Assembly (NCBI RefSeq): GCF_009834535.1
Contig: NC_045701.1
Location: 29,636,001 to 29,700,000 of the forward strand
Source of the DNA: Camelus ferus
Lineage: Eukaryota
DNA length: 64,000 bases
Direction of reading: 5' to 3'
Position 1 is the stretch's first letter. Each line of letters starts with the position of its first letter. The notes below the pieces were generated by a model. The model saw only the letters and a program-made list of their open reading frames with translations. It was not told the DNA's origin and searched no databases. Below, piece after piece: positions 62,343 to 64,000 of the stretch. Made by a program: the position numbers and the translations under genes.

Positions 62343-63315
62343 TTACGCCATTTGTAGAAAAAGAACATTTCTTATGACTGCAGAACGTGGCCAGACTTCA
62401 GATACCGACTCTTCAGTTTTGACATAGCTGCCTTCATTTCTTTGTTCCTTAGAGTGTAAATAACCGAGTTTAAAATGGGAGTAAAGATAGTGTAGAACAC
62501 AGCAGGGACTTTGTCAACTGAATAACCACTAAAGGGCCACACATAGATGAAGATGCATGGTCCAAAGAAGAGTGTGACCACCGTGATGTGAGCGGTCAGC
62601 GTGGAGCGGGCCTTTGCCATGCTAGCAGAGGAGCGATTCCTAACTGTGATGAGTATCACAGCGTAGGAGACAACCAACAGGAGGAAGGAACTCATAGAAA
62701 GAAAGCCACCGTCCGCGACTATAAGTAGGCTGACAACATAAGTGTCTGTGCAGGCCAGCTAGGTCACTAGAGGGAGGTCACAGAAAAAACTATCCACTTG
62801 ATTAGGGCCACAAAAAGGCAAATTAACAGTAAATGCCAAATGGCTAGTGGTATGGATGAAGCCCACACACCATGGAATAAGGACCAGAGTAATACACACA
62901 CAGCGGCTCATGATTGTCATGTAGTGGAGAGGTTTGCATATAGCAACATAACGGTCATAAGCCATGGATACAAGAAGAACCATTTCACTGCCAGTGAAAA
63001 GATGAACAAAGAAAATCTGGGCCAGGCAGGCTTCAAAAGAAATAGTCTTGCGCTCAACCAGAAGGTCTGCAATCATTTTGGGGGTAGCAAAGGAGGCAAC
63101 ACATATGTCTATGAAAGAGAGGTTTGCAAGTAGAGAGTACATGGGGGTATGAAGGCGGGAATCTGAGGACACAGTGAGGATGATGAGAAAGTTGCCCAGC
63201 AGTATTGCTAGTACAGTAGTGAAAATATGAGAAACAAGAAAGGTTGGAGCTCCTGGGAATTGGAGAGTCCCAGCAACACAAATTCAGTCACCTGAGAATG
63301 ATTTGTCTCATTCAT
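62343..63315 (-). pseudogene. OR4K15: OR4K15 ortholog, disabled (2 frameshifts and 1 nonsense)
   Basis: ATG at 63315 gives MNETNHSQVTEFVLLGLS..QELQPFLFL. Lesions: a 1-bp deletion giving TAG at 63210-63208, AAG>TAG at 62761-62759 (LPLVT*LAC), and a 1-bp deletion near 62385. The restored frame is 324 codons ending VIRNVLFLQMA* at 62343, like recalled human OR4K15. Confidence 0.9.
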
Positions 63316-63719
63316 TGACTTTGAAAAGACTTCTCTTTGGTTACCTGACTTGGAGAGAAACAGATATCATTCAATGTACTGAGCATGTTTTTGATTTCCC
63401 AATTCCACTTCATACTTTAAGGATTCTAATTTCTATTTATATTTGTGTCTGAGTTTTTACACATCACCAGAAATTACATTGACAGCATAACACTGTTAAA
63501 GAAGGATGGAGGCAAGAGTCACACTGAGATGACAAAGGAGTCATTCAACCAGTTGGCATATCCAGTTACATAACTGTAAGGAACATAATCAACTCATTAA
63601 AAATGAAATTAAATACCTGAATTTTTTCTTTAGCATTACAGAAATCTAATCTAAGAATCCACTAAGATGAAATCTAAATCTAAATCATTTTATCTGTAGT
63701 AAATGACATAATGTTTGGA

Positions 63720-64000
63720 ATGGCTAACACAAAGGAAGACAATTTCACATGCTTAATGTTGATCAAAATAGTTAGACACAAATGGTTGTATGGTGTTTAA
63801 AACTATTTAAATAAAGTTCAAAAATAGGTGAAACTAATATAAAAGGTTTTAAAAAGCTCCAGTAGTGGTTGTCCTTGAAGGGCAACAGGGACAGGAAGAG
63901 GACAGGAAGGGGCTTCTGAAGTGCAGGTAATGTTCTGTTTCATGATGTGGTTGGTAGTTACATAGGAGTGTTCACTTTGTTAAAACTTACCAAGCTGTGT
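63720..64000 (+). mobile_element. L1ME-type 3' UTR fragment
   Basis: 'aagttcaaaaataggtgaaactaat...ggaaggggcttctgaagtgcaggtaatgttctgtttcatgatgtgg...gttcactttgttaaaacttaccaagctgt'. Confidence 0.75.

Noticed and set aside
63594-63603. TTTTTAATGA upstream of OR4K15 as a shared motif with 7955 and 54460
   Set aside because: By rough estimate, a couple of such AT-rich 10-mers are expected by chance in 64 kb on both strands, and no EBF site is adjacent here.
1-64000. CRISPR arrays, rRNA, operons or other prokaryote-type systems
   Set aside because: The sequence is mammalian. No regularly spaced direct repeats or rRNA-like segments were seen.

Overview
This is an AT-rich mammalian class II olfactory receptor (OR) gene cluster, almost certainly camelid: it carries a Vic-1-type tRNA-Ala SINE and camelid-type L1 3' ends. 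It holds seven OR loci. Four are intact and recognisable: OR4L1 (-), OR4K13 (+), OR4K14 (+) and OR4Q2 (-). One OR4-family ORF (-) is open but motif-damaged and lies where human has the OR4U1P pseudogene. One OR11-family ORF (+) has no ATG at its N-terminus. An OR4K15 pseudogene (-) has two 1-bp deletions and a nonsense codon. Order and strands match my recollection of the human 14q11.2 OR4K block read in reverse, except for the extra OR11-family locus. Intergenic DNA is mostly L1, L2, MIR, DNA-transposon and LTR relics. All N-runs fall inside L1 copies, and the two I could check appear to be length-preserving masks. I see no novel multi-gene system. The best leads are: (i) a predicted phase-1 intron that would supply the missing OR11 start codon from an upstream exon; (ii) a twin-primed, 5'-inverted L1 with its target-site duplication (TSD); (iii) an ~840-bp GC-rich foreign segment inserted into an old L1; (iv) an H-element-like homeodomain palindrome between two divergent ORs. 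Orthology and repeat subfamily names come from recalled sequences, not database searches.
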